From a virus (lineage: Duplodnaviria; Caudoviricetes), in IMG/VR virus record IMGVR_UViG_3300030419_006697, positions 1 to 63,851 of that record: a stretch of 63,851 bases of DNA; one strand, 5' to 3'. The stretch's first letter is position 1, and each line of letters starts with the position of its first letter. The translations under genes and the position numbers were made by a program. Positions 32,662 to 42,200 of the stretch are shown piece by piece. A model generated the notes under the pieces. It saw only the letters and a list, made by a program, of their open reading frames with translations, was not told the DNA's origin and made no database searches.

Positions 32662-33578
32662 TAAAGAGGCAAAACATACTATACAGTATATTTGGAGACT
32701 TTTATAGAGCGAAAGATGAGCTTTTATTTTATTGCCCCTTTTGCAAACATCACAAAAAGAAACTTTCCATTAACTTGGATAAATCAGTATATCGATGTTG
32801 GGTATGTGATACAAAAGGTGGAGTTTCTTATCTTGTTAAACGATTTGGAACTGCTGAAGATAAACATAAATGGGAACTTCTTAATCAAGAGATTGATATG
32901 TCTTCGCTTGAGTCAATGTTTGAGATACAAAAAGAAGAAGAAAAACAAACAGTTAAACTTCCAAAAGAGTATTTTTGTTTAGCTCGCAAAGACTTGCCTT
33001 ATTCGGCTAAAGAGCCTCTTTCGTATCTTATGGCTCGTGGAATTTCTTCTGCTGATATTCTTTATTACAAAATTGGATATTGTGATAGAGGACAATATAG
33101 AAAGCGAATAATCATACCATCCTTTAATCAAGACGGAGATTGTAATTATTTTGTAGCTAGATCATATTGGAAGGATTGGTTAAAATATAAAAATCCACCA
33201 GTATCTAAAAATATCATCTTCAACGATCTTATGATTGACTGGAATAGTCCAATTACATTAGTTGAAGGCGTCTTTGACGCCATAAAAATAAATAACTCTA
33301 TTCCATTGTTGGGATCTACGTTACAAGAAAATACACAGCTCTTTAAAAAGCTAGCTGTAAAACAACCAAAAATATATATTGGCTTAGATAAAGATGCTTT
33401 GCTAAAATCGTTACAAATAATTAATTCTATGTTAGAATATGGCCTAGAAGTATATCGACTGGATACATCAAATATAGAAGATATTGGAGCCATATCTAGA
33501 TCAGAAGCAGAGCGGTTAAAAGAAGATTCATTAGCAATGAACACAGAGAATATATTTAATATTTATTGGAGAAATTAA
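32658..33578 (+). CDS. DNA primase (zinc-binding domain + TOPRIM)
   Basis: CPFC...CWVC zinc finger, RIIIPS, LVEGVFDA and LDKD TOPRIM motifs. Confidence 0.88.
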   Translation: MIKRQNILYSIFGDFYRAKDELLFYCPFCKHHKKKLSINLDKSVYRCWVCDTKGGVSYLVKRFGTAEDKHKWELLNQEIDMSSLESMFEIQKEEEKQTVKLPKEYFCLARKDLPYSAKEPLSYLMARGISSADILYYKIGYCDRGQYRKRIIIPSFNQDGDCNYFVARSYWKDWLKYKNPPVSKNIIFNDLMIDWNSPITLVEGVFDAIKINNSIPLLGSTLQENTQLFKKLAVKQPKIYIGLDKDALLKSLQIINSMLEYGLEVYRLDTSNIEDIGAISRSEAERLKEDSLAMNTENIFNIYWRN

Positions 33579-36500
33579 TGACCAGAATCGCACATATTAG
33601 TGACACACATATACGCAACTTACGATATCATAAAGAATATCGACAAGTATTTAAAACACTATTTGAACGACTGCGTGAAGAGAAAATTGACTATATTGTT
33701 CATTGTGGAGATATTGCACACTCAAAAACTCATATATCTCCAGAATTCGTAAAATTGTGTTCTGAATTTTTAATTGGGCTTTCTGCGGTTGCACCAACCT
33801 ATTTAATATTAGGAAACCACGATGGCAACCTTAAGAATAGCAGCCGGGAAGATGCTATATCACCCATTGTAAAAGCTTTAAATTTGCCTAACTTGTTTCT
33901 GCTCAAGAATTCTGGAATAGTGTCCATTGACAAAAAGATTGATCTTAATGTATTTAGCGTGTTTGATGATAGCAATTGGCATGTCCCTGCTAATAGTGAT
34001 TCTATCAATATCGCTTTATATCACGGGTCTATTTCAAACTGCAAGACAGATCTTGGCTGGGTTATGGAAAATGGCGATAACGATATCACTATCTTTGATG
34101 GCCACGATTTCGCGTTTTTGGGAGACATTCACAAAACCAACCAAGTGCTACAAGAGCAAGGCTGGGAAAACGGAATAAGAAAGCCAGTAGTAGTTTATCC
34201 AGGCAGCACTATTCAGCAAAACTTTGGAGAAACCGACGACAAGGGCTTTCTTGTATGGGATATCAAAAGCAAAGATGAATATTCAGTTAAGCATATTGCT
34301 ATACCCAACCCGAAACCATTTGTCACAATTCAACTAACAAAAACAGGACGGATTCCAAAAAACACAAAATGTCCAGAAGGTGCTAGAATTCGTTTAGTTT
34401 CAACAAATAACTTGCCGCTACACGTAATGAAGCGCGCTATTTCTATTGCTGAACATCGCTTCAAACCAGAACGAGTAACGTACCTTAACAGAGCAGCGGG
34501 AGAACGCGGTAATATTGAAGAGGGCACTAATAATCTTGCCATTGACAATCTGCGAGATTCATCAGTACAGAAAACACTTATTGAAGAATATCTGAAAGAC
34601 TACAATCCAACAGAAGAGCAGTTAAGTAAAGTGTTTAAACTAAACAAAAAATACAACACTGTTATTGAAGAAGCCGAAGAAGTTCAACGTAATGTAAATT
34701 GGCATTTGGGGAGCCTTTCGTGGGATAATCTTTTTAACTATGGAGAGGAAAACAGTATTGATTTTGATAAGTTAAACGGCATCGTTGGCATTTTTGGCAA
34801 GAACTATTCAGGCAAATCATCAGTAATAGACAGTTTGCTTTATATTTTATTCAATTCAACAAGTAAAAATGAAAGAAAAAATCTTAACATTATTAATCAA
34901 AATAAACAAGATGCGACCGGGCAAGCTGTTATTACGGTTGGCAATAAAGAGTATACAATTAAAAGAAAAAGTGAAAAGTACATTAAGAAACTTAAAGGTG
35001 AAGAAACATTAGAAGCCAAAACAACTGTTGATTTTTATGTAAAAGATTTAGTAACTGAAGATATCCAGATTTTAAACGGCACGACTCGCAATGAAACAGA
35101 TAAGATAATCCGTAAGCATTTCGGCACATTAGAGGATTTCTTGTTGACCTCTATGTCCTCGCAACTTGGTGCCCTTCAGTTTATCAGCGAAGGCTCAACA
35201 AAGAGAAAAGAGATTTTAGCAAAGTTCCTTGACTTGGAAATATTTGATAAGAAATATAAACTAGCAAAAGAAGACGCTACAGATTTGCGCGGAGCACTAC
35301 GAAGAACAGAAGATATCAATTACGATGATGAAATCTATGAAATAGAAAAACAGTTGATGTTTTCCGAGAACGAAATTAAAGAGCAGAACAATATCTGCGA
35401 ACAGATAAATAAAGATTTAATGAGTTTGCATACCGAGAAGAACGATCTTGAAATAAAGATTGATTCTATTCCAGCAGATATTATTGATATTGATAAAATT
35501 ATGAAAGAACGTTTGCTGGCAGAACGCAACGTTCAGACATATAATCTAAACGCCTCACAATGTCAGGCAATACTTGACAATAATAACCAACTTTTAGACA
35601 AAATAAGCAAGTTTGAGGAAACATTTGATGTAGGCGAGGTTCAAACTCAAAAAGATCAAATAGATCAAAAACTTCTTACAATAAACAAACTTTTAACAGA
35701 ATTGGAAAATGCAGAGAAGTTAAAGAAATTAAACGAAAAGAAAGTTAAACTTCTTGGAGAAGTTCCTTGTGGTGACCAGTTTAAGTCCTGTAAGTTCATC
35801 AAAGACGCTCACTCTTCTAAAGAAACTCTTGTTGACCTCGTTGGCCAAGTGAAAGCAATATCAGAGCAAAAGCAAAGAGAAGAAAGCCTTTTAAATCAAA
35901 CTGATAAAGAGAAGATTAATTCTCATCTTGACAAATATAAGAAGTTGATGGAAAAGAAATCTAACGCTGAAAAGGCAACAATGAAGGCTACTTTGGAAAA
36001 AGGCAAATGGGAGAACTCTATTCTTTTAGCCCAGAATGAAATAACCAGACTTTTGAGAATAGAAGAGGATTACAATAAAAACAAAGACCTTATCGAAAAT
36101 AAAGAATCGTTTACTTTGGAACTATCAAAAGTAACGAATGCTTTATTAAAGAAAGAACAAGAAAAGGCCGACTGCCAAAGAACACTATTAAAGTGCTATA
36201 AAGATAACGGTTCATTGGAACAAAAACTTAAGTCTTTAAAAGAACAAAAGCAAAACCTTATACTACTACAAGAGGAATTTTCAGCCTATGATCTTTTTAT
36301 GCGTTGTATGCATCCAAATGGAATTGCATATGATATCATTAAGAAACAATTACCCATCATCAATGAAGAGATTTCGAAAATTTTAGCTAATGTAGTCGAA
36401 TTTGAGGCTTTTTTCGAAACTGACGATAAGCATTTGAAAATCTTCATTAAGCACCCAAAACACGAACCTCGACCAGTTGAAATGGGTTCAGGGGCAGAAA

Positions 36501-36757
36501 AGACACTGGTAGCAATGGCTATTCGCTTGGCGTTGCTTTCTGTTTCATCTTTGCCGGTTGGTTCAGTCTTTATTTTGGATGAGCCGGGAACTGCTCTTGA
36601 TGCAGAGAATATGGACGGTTTTGTTGACATTTTACATATGATAAAAGAGCGGTTTAAAACAGTTTTGCTTATTTCTCATTTAGATTTTCTTAAAGACTGC
36701 GTAGATCAGGAAATTCCAATTGAAAAGGATAATGGGTTTGCAAAAATAAATATTTAA
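33578..36757 (+). CDS. sbcCD: Fused SbcD(Mre11/gp47)-SbcC(Rad50/gp46) recombination nuclease-ATPase
   Basis: Phosphoesterase motifs HISDTH, GDIAH, GNHD, GDIH; then Walker A GKNYSGKS, coiled coil, signature GSGAE, Walker B FILDEP, H-loop LISH in one ORF. Start set at the TAATG overlap (33578). Confidence 0.92.
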   Translation: MTRIAHISDTHIRNLRYHKEYRQVFKTLFERLREEKIDYIVHCGDIAHSKTHISPEFVKLCSEFLIGLSAVAPTYLILGNHDGNLKNSSREDAISPIVKALNLPNLFLLKNSGIVSIDKKIDLNVFSVFDDSNWHVPANSDSINIALYHGSISNCKTDLGWVMENGDNDITIFDGHDFAFLGDIHKTNQVLQEQGWENGIRKPVVVYPGSTIQQNFGETDDKGFLVWDIKSKDEYSVKHIAIPNPKPFVTIQLTKTGRIPKNTKCPEGARIRLVSTNNLPLHVMKRAISIAEHRFKPERVTYLNRAAGERGNIEEGTNNLAIDNLRDSSVQKTLIEEYLKDYNPTEEQLSKVFKLNKKYNTVIEEAEEVQRNVNWHLGSLSWDNLFNYGEENSIDFDKLNGIVGIFGKNYSGKSSVIDSLLYILFNSTSKNERKNLNIINQNKQDATGQAVITVGNKEYTIKRKSEKYIKKLKGEETLEAKTTVDFYVKDLVTEDIQILNGTTRNETDKIIRKHFGTLEDFLLTSMSSQLGALQFISEGSTKRKEILAKFLDLEIFDKKYKLAKEDATDLRGALRRTEDINYDDEIYEIEKQLMFSENEIKEQNNICEQINKDLMSLHTEKNDLEIKIDSIPADIIDIDKIMKERLLAERNVQTYNLNASQCQAILDNNNQLLDKISKFEETFDVGEVQTQKDQIDQKLLTINKLLTELENAEKLKKLNEKKVKLLGEVPCGDQFKSCKFIKDAHSSKETLVDLVGQVKAISEQKQREESLLNQTDKEKINSHLDKYKKLMEKKSNAEKATMKATLEKGKWENSILLAQNEITRLLRIEEDYNKNKDLIENKESFTLELSKVTNALLKKEQEKADCQRTLLKCYKDNGSLEQKLKSLKEQKQNLILLQEEFSAYDLFMRCMHPNGIAYDIIKKQLPIINEEISKILANVVEFEAFFETDDKHLKIFIKHPKHEPRPVEMGSGAEKTLVAMAIRLALLSVSSLPVGSVFILDEPGTALDAENMDGFVDILHMIKERFKTVLLISHLDFLKDCVDQEIPIEKDNGFAKINI

Positions 36758-36762
36758 ACTTT

Positions 36763-36945
36763 TTAGATGAGCCAGGAACTGCCCTTGACGCAGAGAATAT
36801 GGACGGTTTTATTTCTATTTTAGAACTAATTAAGACATACTTCAAAACGGTCATTTTGATTTCTCATCTTGACCATTTGAAGGATTGTGTCGATTTACAG
36901 GTCGTGATAGACAAAAAGGCTGGATATGCACATATGTGTATATGA
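36763..36945 (+). pseudogene. Diverged tandem copy of the last 60 codons of sbcC (orphan 3' fragment)
   Basis: Translates LDEPGTALDAENMDGFISILELIKTYFKTVILISHLDHLKDCVDLQVVIDKKAGYAHMCI*; 41/60 aa identical by manual alignment to 36575-36757, same length, no indels, no upstream start. Confidence 0.9.
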
Positions 36946-36954
36946 GGAGTGCAA

Positions 36955-37824
36955 GTGGGAATCTACAGAGAAACTGATGACAATTTAATGGTTAGATTTA
37001 AACTCAATGAGTCTTCTGGTACGAGCGCCGCCGATTCATCAGGCAATGGTCGAACTGGAACATTAGCTAATTTTACAAACACTACAACATGTTGGGTCGG
37101 AGGAAGACGAGGCGGGGGCCTGGACTTTGGACAAGGTTCTGACGACACTTGCACTTTTGCTTTTACAGATCCTGGCAATTTTACCACAATGATGGCTTTT
37201 GTTAGATGGGATAGTGATGCCGGTACATCACCGCGTATAATTCATTTAGGAAACAATATGCCTCCTTATCAGCTTATGTATTTTGATGCCACCAATAAGC
37301 AGTTGAGATTTGGTCTTACTTTTGCCGGCGGCGCGCAGTGGTTTAGAACCGCTAGCGATACTGTTGATACGGATAGCGTCTGGAGACATTTAGCGGTAAC
37401 CTATGATGCCTCTGATTACGAAAATAATCCTATTTTTTATATTAATGGAGAGGTTTCTGCAACCTCCCTAATCACAAGAACGAGCGGAGCTAGAACATCG
37501 CTAACAACTAATTTTGGTGCTTTGGGTCAAGTTTACAATGCAACTAATAGAGGATTAGATGGAGTGATATCAGATGCTAGAGTCTATAATCGGATATTGA
37601 CTCAACAAGAAATTTCTAGAGTTGCTAATTTCAGAGAGCCGGAAACATACACACAAAGCAATTTTAGTGATAATTTTGTGATAAATAAAAAGGATCAACT
37701 TTCTAGTCAACAATACACCAGAGATGATGGTACCATCACAGTAGATGAGGTCCCCTTTTCACTAGGAATAAAAGGGCCAATAAACTTAAGAGGTAGAAGA
37801 ACAGCCTATAAGGTAACTAAATAA
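36955..37824 (+). CDS. LamG/concanavalin A-like lectin domain protein (putative receptor-binding/decoration)
   Basis: FKLNESSGTSAADSSGNGRTGTL, WRHLAVTYD, FYING, GVISDARVYNRILTQQEI. GAGGAG precedes GTG 36955. Confidence 0.85.
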   Translation: MGIYRETDDNLMVRFKLNESSGTSAADSSGNGRTGTLANFTNTTTCWVGGRRGGGLDFGQGSDDTCTFAFTDPGNFTTMMAFVRWDSDAGTSPRIIHLGNNMPPYQLMYFDATNKQLRFGLTFAGGAQWFRTASDTVDTDSVWRHLAVTYDASDYENNPIFYINGEVSATSLITRTSGARTSLTTNFGALGQVYNATNRGLDGVISDARVYNRILTQQEISRVANFREPETYTQSNFSDNFVINKKDQLSSQQYTRDDGTITVDEVPFSLGIKGPINLRGRRTAYKVTK

Positions 37825-37835
37825 AGAGGTATAAA

Positions 37836-38027
37836 ATGATGAAACAAATTATAGACAAGGGCTTAAATAAGCTAGTATCTCGTAAGCTTATGGTTTGGGC
37901 AACCGCAACATATTTAATGTTATTCACATCTTCACTTGCAAGTGAAGATTGGGTTGCTGTGTCATTAGCTTATATTGGCATACAAGGCTTGGCCGATATT
38001 GCTTCTCAATGGAGACACGGCAAGTGA
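37836..38027 (+). CDS. Small membrane protein, holin-like
   Basis: 63 aa, SRK motif followed by two hydrophobic segments; precedes spanin-like pair. Confidence 0.55.
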   Translation: MMKQIIDKGLNKLVSRKLMVWATATYLMLFTSSLASEDWVAVSLAYIGIQGLADIASQWRHGK

Positions 38028-38428
38028 TCACTCTCCTGACTCTAAAAAAAGTCTTAAAAAAAAGCTGGATATGGATAAAACACAACTGGTATGTTCCGGT
38101 AGTCATTGCATATACTCTTGTTCTTTGGCTTTTATTTAGAAAAAAAGACGCTGCTTATAGCGTTTTGGAGGCAAGAAATGATAGTTATAAACGGCAAATG
38201 AAGGCAATTGATGATGTACACAAGGAAGAAATAGATAAAAGAAATAAAATTTTAGAACGATACAATGAGATACTTAAAGAACTGGAAGAAAAATACAAGA
38301 GAGATAGTTTAGAATTGGATGCTAAAAAGACAAAAGAAATAAAAAAGCTGGTTGAAAAGTACGATGAAAGACCAGATGAGTTAGCAAAATTGCTAGCAGA
38401 GAAATATGGATTAGAATATGTTGAATAA
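38024..38428 (+). CDS. N-terminally membrane-anchored coiled-coil protein (i-spanin-like)
   Basis: GTG 38024 overlaps the upstream TGA; TM segment WYVPVVIAYTLVLWLLF then long charged helix. Confidence 0.5.
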   Translation: MITLLTLKKVLKKSWIWIKHNWYVPVVIAYTLVLWLLFRKKDAAYSVLEARNDSYKRQMKAIDDVHKEEIDKRNKILERYNEILKELEEKYKRDSLELDAKKTKEIKKLVEKYDERPDELAKLLAEKYGLEYVE

Positions 38429-38882
38429 ATCTATAGCGTTATTGATGTCGTTTTGCTTAATCACGATGCCGCTAGTAGCATATGCGAATGATCCTGTGTT
38501 GCCTCCAAAAGGAAAAATAACTGGATTAAACTATGGACAAAAGGCACCTTATACTGGTGTGCTTCTTAACAGCATTGCGGCTGCAAAGTTATTAACAGAT
38601 AAGCGCTTCTCCGAAGAGCAATGGAAACTGAAATTAGAATTTGAATTAGCAAAAGAATCAGCACGCTTAAACTTAATCATTAACTCTCAAAAGGCTTCAA
38701 TTGAGGCACTAAATAAAAAACACACGACACTAATGAAAATCAAGGATGATGAAATAGAGCGTCTTTCTGAAATAGCTTCTAATAAAAATGATTATTCGGT
38801 CTGGTGGGCCACCGGCGGGGTCATCGTTGGAATCGGCCTCACCATTGCCGTTGTCTATGCTGTACAGGCTGGAACAAAATAA
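38418..38882 (+). CDS. Signal-peptide + coiled coil + C-terminal TM protein (spanin-like partner)
   Basis: N-terminal signal peptide ending AYA; C-terminal TM WWATGGVIVGIGLTIAVVYAV; overlaps the upstream gene. Confidence 0.5.
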   Translation: MLNKSIALLMSFCLITMPLVAYANDPVLPPKGKITGLNYGQKAPYTGVLLNSIAAAKLLTDKRFSEEQWKLKLEFELAKESARLNLIINSQKASIEALNKKHTTLMKIKDDEIERLSEIASNKNDYSVWWATGGVIVGIGLTIAVVYAVQAGTK

Positions 38883-39842
38883 ATGGCCAAAAGTAGCATT
38901 GGGCATTATAGTCACGCAAAATTAATAAAGCTAATTGATAACCGTTCCTCTGAAGGCATTACATTGCCAGGACCAGCTGGTTCAAGTCGAGAACTTCAAT
39001 ACAACAATAATGGATCTTTTGGTGGCATATCTGCAATTACGTGGGATGGAAGTGACTTGCAGCTAGCAGACGATACCAAACTTATGTTTGGAACGTTTGA
39101 TGAGGCTTATATAGAATATAATGAAAATGGAGATAATTTTCTTGTTATCTCTGGCTCTTCTAATGGAATAGTGCTATCAGGAAGCACAGTTCAAATAAGA
39201 GGCACTCTTGAAGGGGCATCGCCTCTTAAAATTGCAGGCGGTATTCAAATTGTCCCTTCGTCAAACGGCGGCGAGACATCTGCAATGTCTTTTGGAGACG
39301 ACATTAAACTTTATTTTGGAGACGATGACGATTCATATATTCAATTTAACGATGGTGTTGGAGAGTATTTGGAAATATCTGGTTCACACAACGGTATTAT
39401 ATTATCTGGGTCGTCTGTATACGTCGACAATTATCTTGGCATTGGAGTGCCACCAGCAAGCATAACTCACGCCATCACGTTGCCTGAAAGTGATACCAAT
39501 AGCGGTAAAATAAAAGCAACAGCTTATACAACATATTCTTCAATTAGGTACAAAGAAAATGTTGAATCAATTGACAATCCGTTGGAGATATTAAAAAACA
39601 TTAATGGCGTAGTCTTCAATTGGAAAAAAACAAAAACTAAAGATGTAGGATTCATTGCTGAACACGTAGGCAGACATCTTCCAGAAATTGTAGAATGGGA
39701 TGAAAGCGGCTTGTATGCAGAGTCTATGGATTATGGAAAAATGGTCCCAATTTTAGTCGAAGCAATTAAAAATCAACAATCTCAAATAGATAAACTAGAA
39801 GGTCAAATTTTTTCTCTAATCGACATACTGAAGGACAATTAG
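38883..39842 (+). CDS. Fibre protein with C-terminal peptidase S74 intramolecular chaperone domain
   Basis: SSIRYKENV...GFIAEHV...PEIV...DYGKMVPILVEAIK plus terminal coiled coil; internal duplicated F.....YI..N......L.ISGS.NGI.LSGS unit. Confidence 0.85.
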   Translation: MAKSSIGHYSHAKLIKLIDNRSSEGITLPGPAGSSRELQYNNNGSFGGISAITWDGSDLQLADDTKLMFGTFDEAYIEYNENGDNFLVISGSSNGIVLSGSTVQIRGTLEGASPLKIAGGIQIVPSSNGGETSAMSFGDDIKLYFGDDDDSYIQFNDGVGEYLEISGSHNGIILSGSSVYVDNYLGIGVPPASITHAITLPESDTNSGKIKATAYTTYSSIRYKENVESIDNPLEILKNINGVVFNWKKTKTKDVGFIAEHVGRHLPEIVEWDESGLYAESMDYGKMVPILVEAIKNQQSQIDKLEGQIFSLIDILKDN

Positions 39843-39901
39843 TCTACTACTTACTCCGAACCCATCCCTTGATAAGGGTGGTATAAAGGAGAAAAAATAT
39901 A

Positions 39902-42100
39902 ATGGCTAAAATACAATATTCACGTTATGAGAAGGGTATTGATCTTCAGGATCACTCCAGTTCTTACTCTAGTAATGCTGGTGCAATCTACCTTTCTGGT
40001 ACGTACATGAACTTTCGAACTGATTTAAGTTTGAACTCATCAGGTATCAGCAATATGTCTGATCCCGAGAGCGCGCAGGATGCCGCAACAAAGGCGTATG
40101 TTGATGCGCAAATCACCGCTCAAGACTTGGATTTCCAAGGCGACACCGGTGGTGCCCTTAGTATCGATCTAGACAGTGAGACACTCACTATCGCTGGTAC
40201 TGCAAACGAAATTGAGACTGCCGGTTCTGGCAACACTCTCACAATCGGTCTTCCCGATAGCGTTACTATTGGAGATGCTCTAACAGTAACCGGACTGCTC
40301 ACCGCCAATGGCAGTGTTGATCTTGGTAATGCTACTAGCGACACCATCACAGCTACTGGTCGTTTTGATTCCGATCTTGTTCCTTCAACTGACAGCGCCC
40401 GCAAGCTCGGTTCTTCGGCACTTCAGTGGTCCGAACTTCACGTTGATGTTGGTTACATTGATCGTCTTGCTGCAGCAATGGACTGCGACAGTCAAGCAAT
40501 GACTAACGTTAACGTTGACTCTGGTAACATCGATGGTACTATCATTGGTGCTGCTTCTCGTGCAGCTGCTAGTGTTACAACTCTAGACGCTAACTCAACC
40601 CTCAACGCTGATGGCGCTGCCACATTTGGTAGTACTGTTAGTGGTTCCGGTGCTGCTCAATTCGCTTCACTTCACTGTGACAGTGTAAATCTCGATGGCG
40701 GTAACATGGACGGTGTCGCTATCGGTGCTGCAGCCCGCTCAACAGCACAATTCACCACAGTTGATGCTAACTCAACTCTTAACGCTTCTGGCGCTGCCAC
40801 TTTCGGTAGCACAGTTAGTGGTTCTGGCGCAGCCCAGTTCGCTTCACTTCACTGTGATAGCGTAAACCTTGACGGTGGTAACATTGATGGTATGACCATC
40901 GCAACTTCCGATGTAACTGTTGGTGCCGGTAAAACACTCGACGTTTCTGCTGGTACTCTAACCACTTCAGCCGCACAGAAACTTGCTATCATGCAGGGTG
41001 CCGCTTCTAACGTTGATATCGGTTCCTATGACCTCCGCGCTGCAACTCTTACTGCCGATGGTCTAACTTCCGGTCGCGTAGTCTTCGCTGGTGCTAACGG
41101 TGTCCTTTCTGATGATTCCGATATGTCTTTCAGCGGTGACACACTTACAGTCACCAAGCTCGGCGCTTTCCAAGCTGCTGGTGCAATTGACTTTGATGAC
41201 CAAAACATGACCAACGTCGACATCGACAGTGGTGCTATGGATGGTGTTGTTATTGGTGCTGCCAGCGCTGCTGCCGCTTCATTCACTACAGTCAATGCTT
41301 CCGGTCAGGTTTCCGGTTCTGCAGCTGGTAAGTTCTTGAGTCTAGCTCTCAACACCGATTCTTTCGAGGTTGATTCATCAGGTAACCTTGATTCCAGCGG
41401 TTATGTCATTGTTGACGGTCGTGGTATGTTTGGTGGTCGTTTGGATGTTACTGGTGCTTTCGTTGCCAAAGGCAACGTTGAACTCGGTGACGCCACAAGC
41501 GACACTATTACAGCAACTGGTCGTTTCGCTTCAGATCTAGTTCCATCAACTGATGGTGCTCGTGACCTAGGTTCTTCCGCTCTAGAGTGGAAAGACCTTT
41601 ACCTAGATGGTGTTGCCTATATGGATGCTGTAGAGGCTGACACACTAAAGGTTGCTGATCTAACTGATAACCGCCTCGTCATCGCTGGTGCAAGTGGTGA
41701 GTTAGAGGATAGTGCCAACCTTACTTACGATGGTACAACTTTCGATATTGCTGCCGCAGTATCGGTTGATGGTAACATCACTCTGGATAACGATCACGAT
41801 GTAAAGGCACGCGCCTTCATCACTTATTCAGACGTCGCCCTTAAAGAGAACGTTGAGACTGTCACAAATGCAATGGAGATGATCCAAGGTCTACGTGGCG
41901 TTTCATACGATCTCAAAAGTGGTGGCAAGCGAGAGTTTGGTTTCATCGCTCAAGAGGTCAACAATGTTGTCCCAGAAGTGGTTCACACCAATGACGGAAT
42001 GATGGGTATCGATTATACTCGTATCACTTCGCTTCTCGTTGAAGCAGTAAAAAGCCAACAAATTGAAATTGCTGCTTTAAAAGCCAAACTAGACAAGTAA
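39902..42100 (+). CDS. 732-aa repetitive fibre protein with C-terminal S74 chaperone domain
   Basis: QDAATKAYVD motif, internal repeats, SDVALKENV...GFIAQEV...PEVV...DYTRITSLLVEAVK. Confidence 0.85.
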   Translation: MAKIQYSRYEKGIDLQDHSSSYSSNAGAIYLSGTYMNFRTDLSLNSSGISNMSDPESAQDAATKAYVDAQITAQDLDFQGDTGGALSIDLDSETLTIAGTANEIETAGSGNTLTIGLPDSVTIGDALTVTGLLTANGSVDLGNATSDTITATGRFDSDLVPSTDSARKLGSSALQWSELHVDVGYIDRLAAAMDCDSQAMTNVNVDSGNIDGTIIGAASRAAASVTTLDANSTLNADGAATFGSTVSGSGAAQFASLHCDSVNLDGGNMDGVAIGAAARSTAQFTTVDANSTLNASGAATFGSTVSGSGAAQFASLHCDSVNLDGGNIDGMTIATSDVTVGAGKTLDVSAGTLTTSAAQKLAIMQGAASNVDIGSYDLRAATLTADGLTSGRVVFAGANGVLSDDSDMSFSGDTLTVTKLGAFQAAGAIDFDDQNMTNVDIDSGAMDGVVIGAASAAAASFTTVNASGQVSGSAAGKFLSLALNTDSFEVDSSGNLDSSGYVIVDGRGMFGGRLDVTGAFVAKGNVELGDATSDTITATGRFASDLVPSTDGARDLGSSALEWKDLYLDGVAYMDAVEADTLKVADLTDNRLVIAGASGELEDSANLTYDGTTFDIAAAVSVDGNITLDNDHDVKARAFITYSDVALKENVETVTNAMEMIQGLRGVSYDLKSGGKREFGFIAQEVNNVVPEVVHTNDGMMGIDYTRITSLLVEAVKSQQIEIAALKAKLDK
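40586..40890 (+). repeat. 177-bp (59-aa) tandem repeat within fibre gene
   Basis: DANSTLNA.GAATFGSTVSGSGAAQFASLHCDSVNLDGGN.DG twice, starting 40586 and 40763. Confidence 0.9.
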
Positions 42101-42127
42101 TTAATTATTTAATTATGTAGTCTTATA

Positions 42128-42155
42128 AAGGAGGGCCGAAAGGCCCTCCTTTTTT
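42128..42155 (+). terminator. Intrinsic terminator after fibre gene
   Basis: AAGGAGGGCC-GAAA-GGCCCTCCTT perfect stem with GNRA loop followed by a T run. Confidence 0.9.
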
Positions 42156-42200
42156 ATTTAAATTGATATTTTAAACTATTTATAATAATTACAACAAAGT

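Noticed and set aside
36575-36945. Diversity-generating retroelement TR/VR pair
   Set aside because: Differences are not adenine-specific (many C/T and other synonymous changes), and no reverse transcriptase is present in the window.
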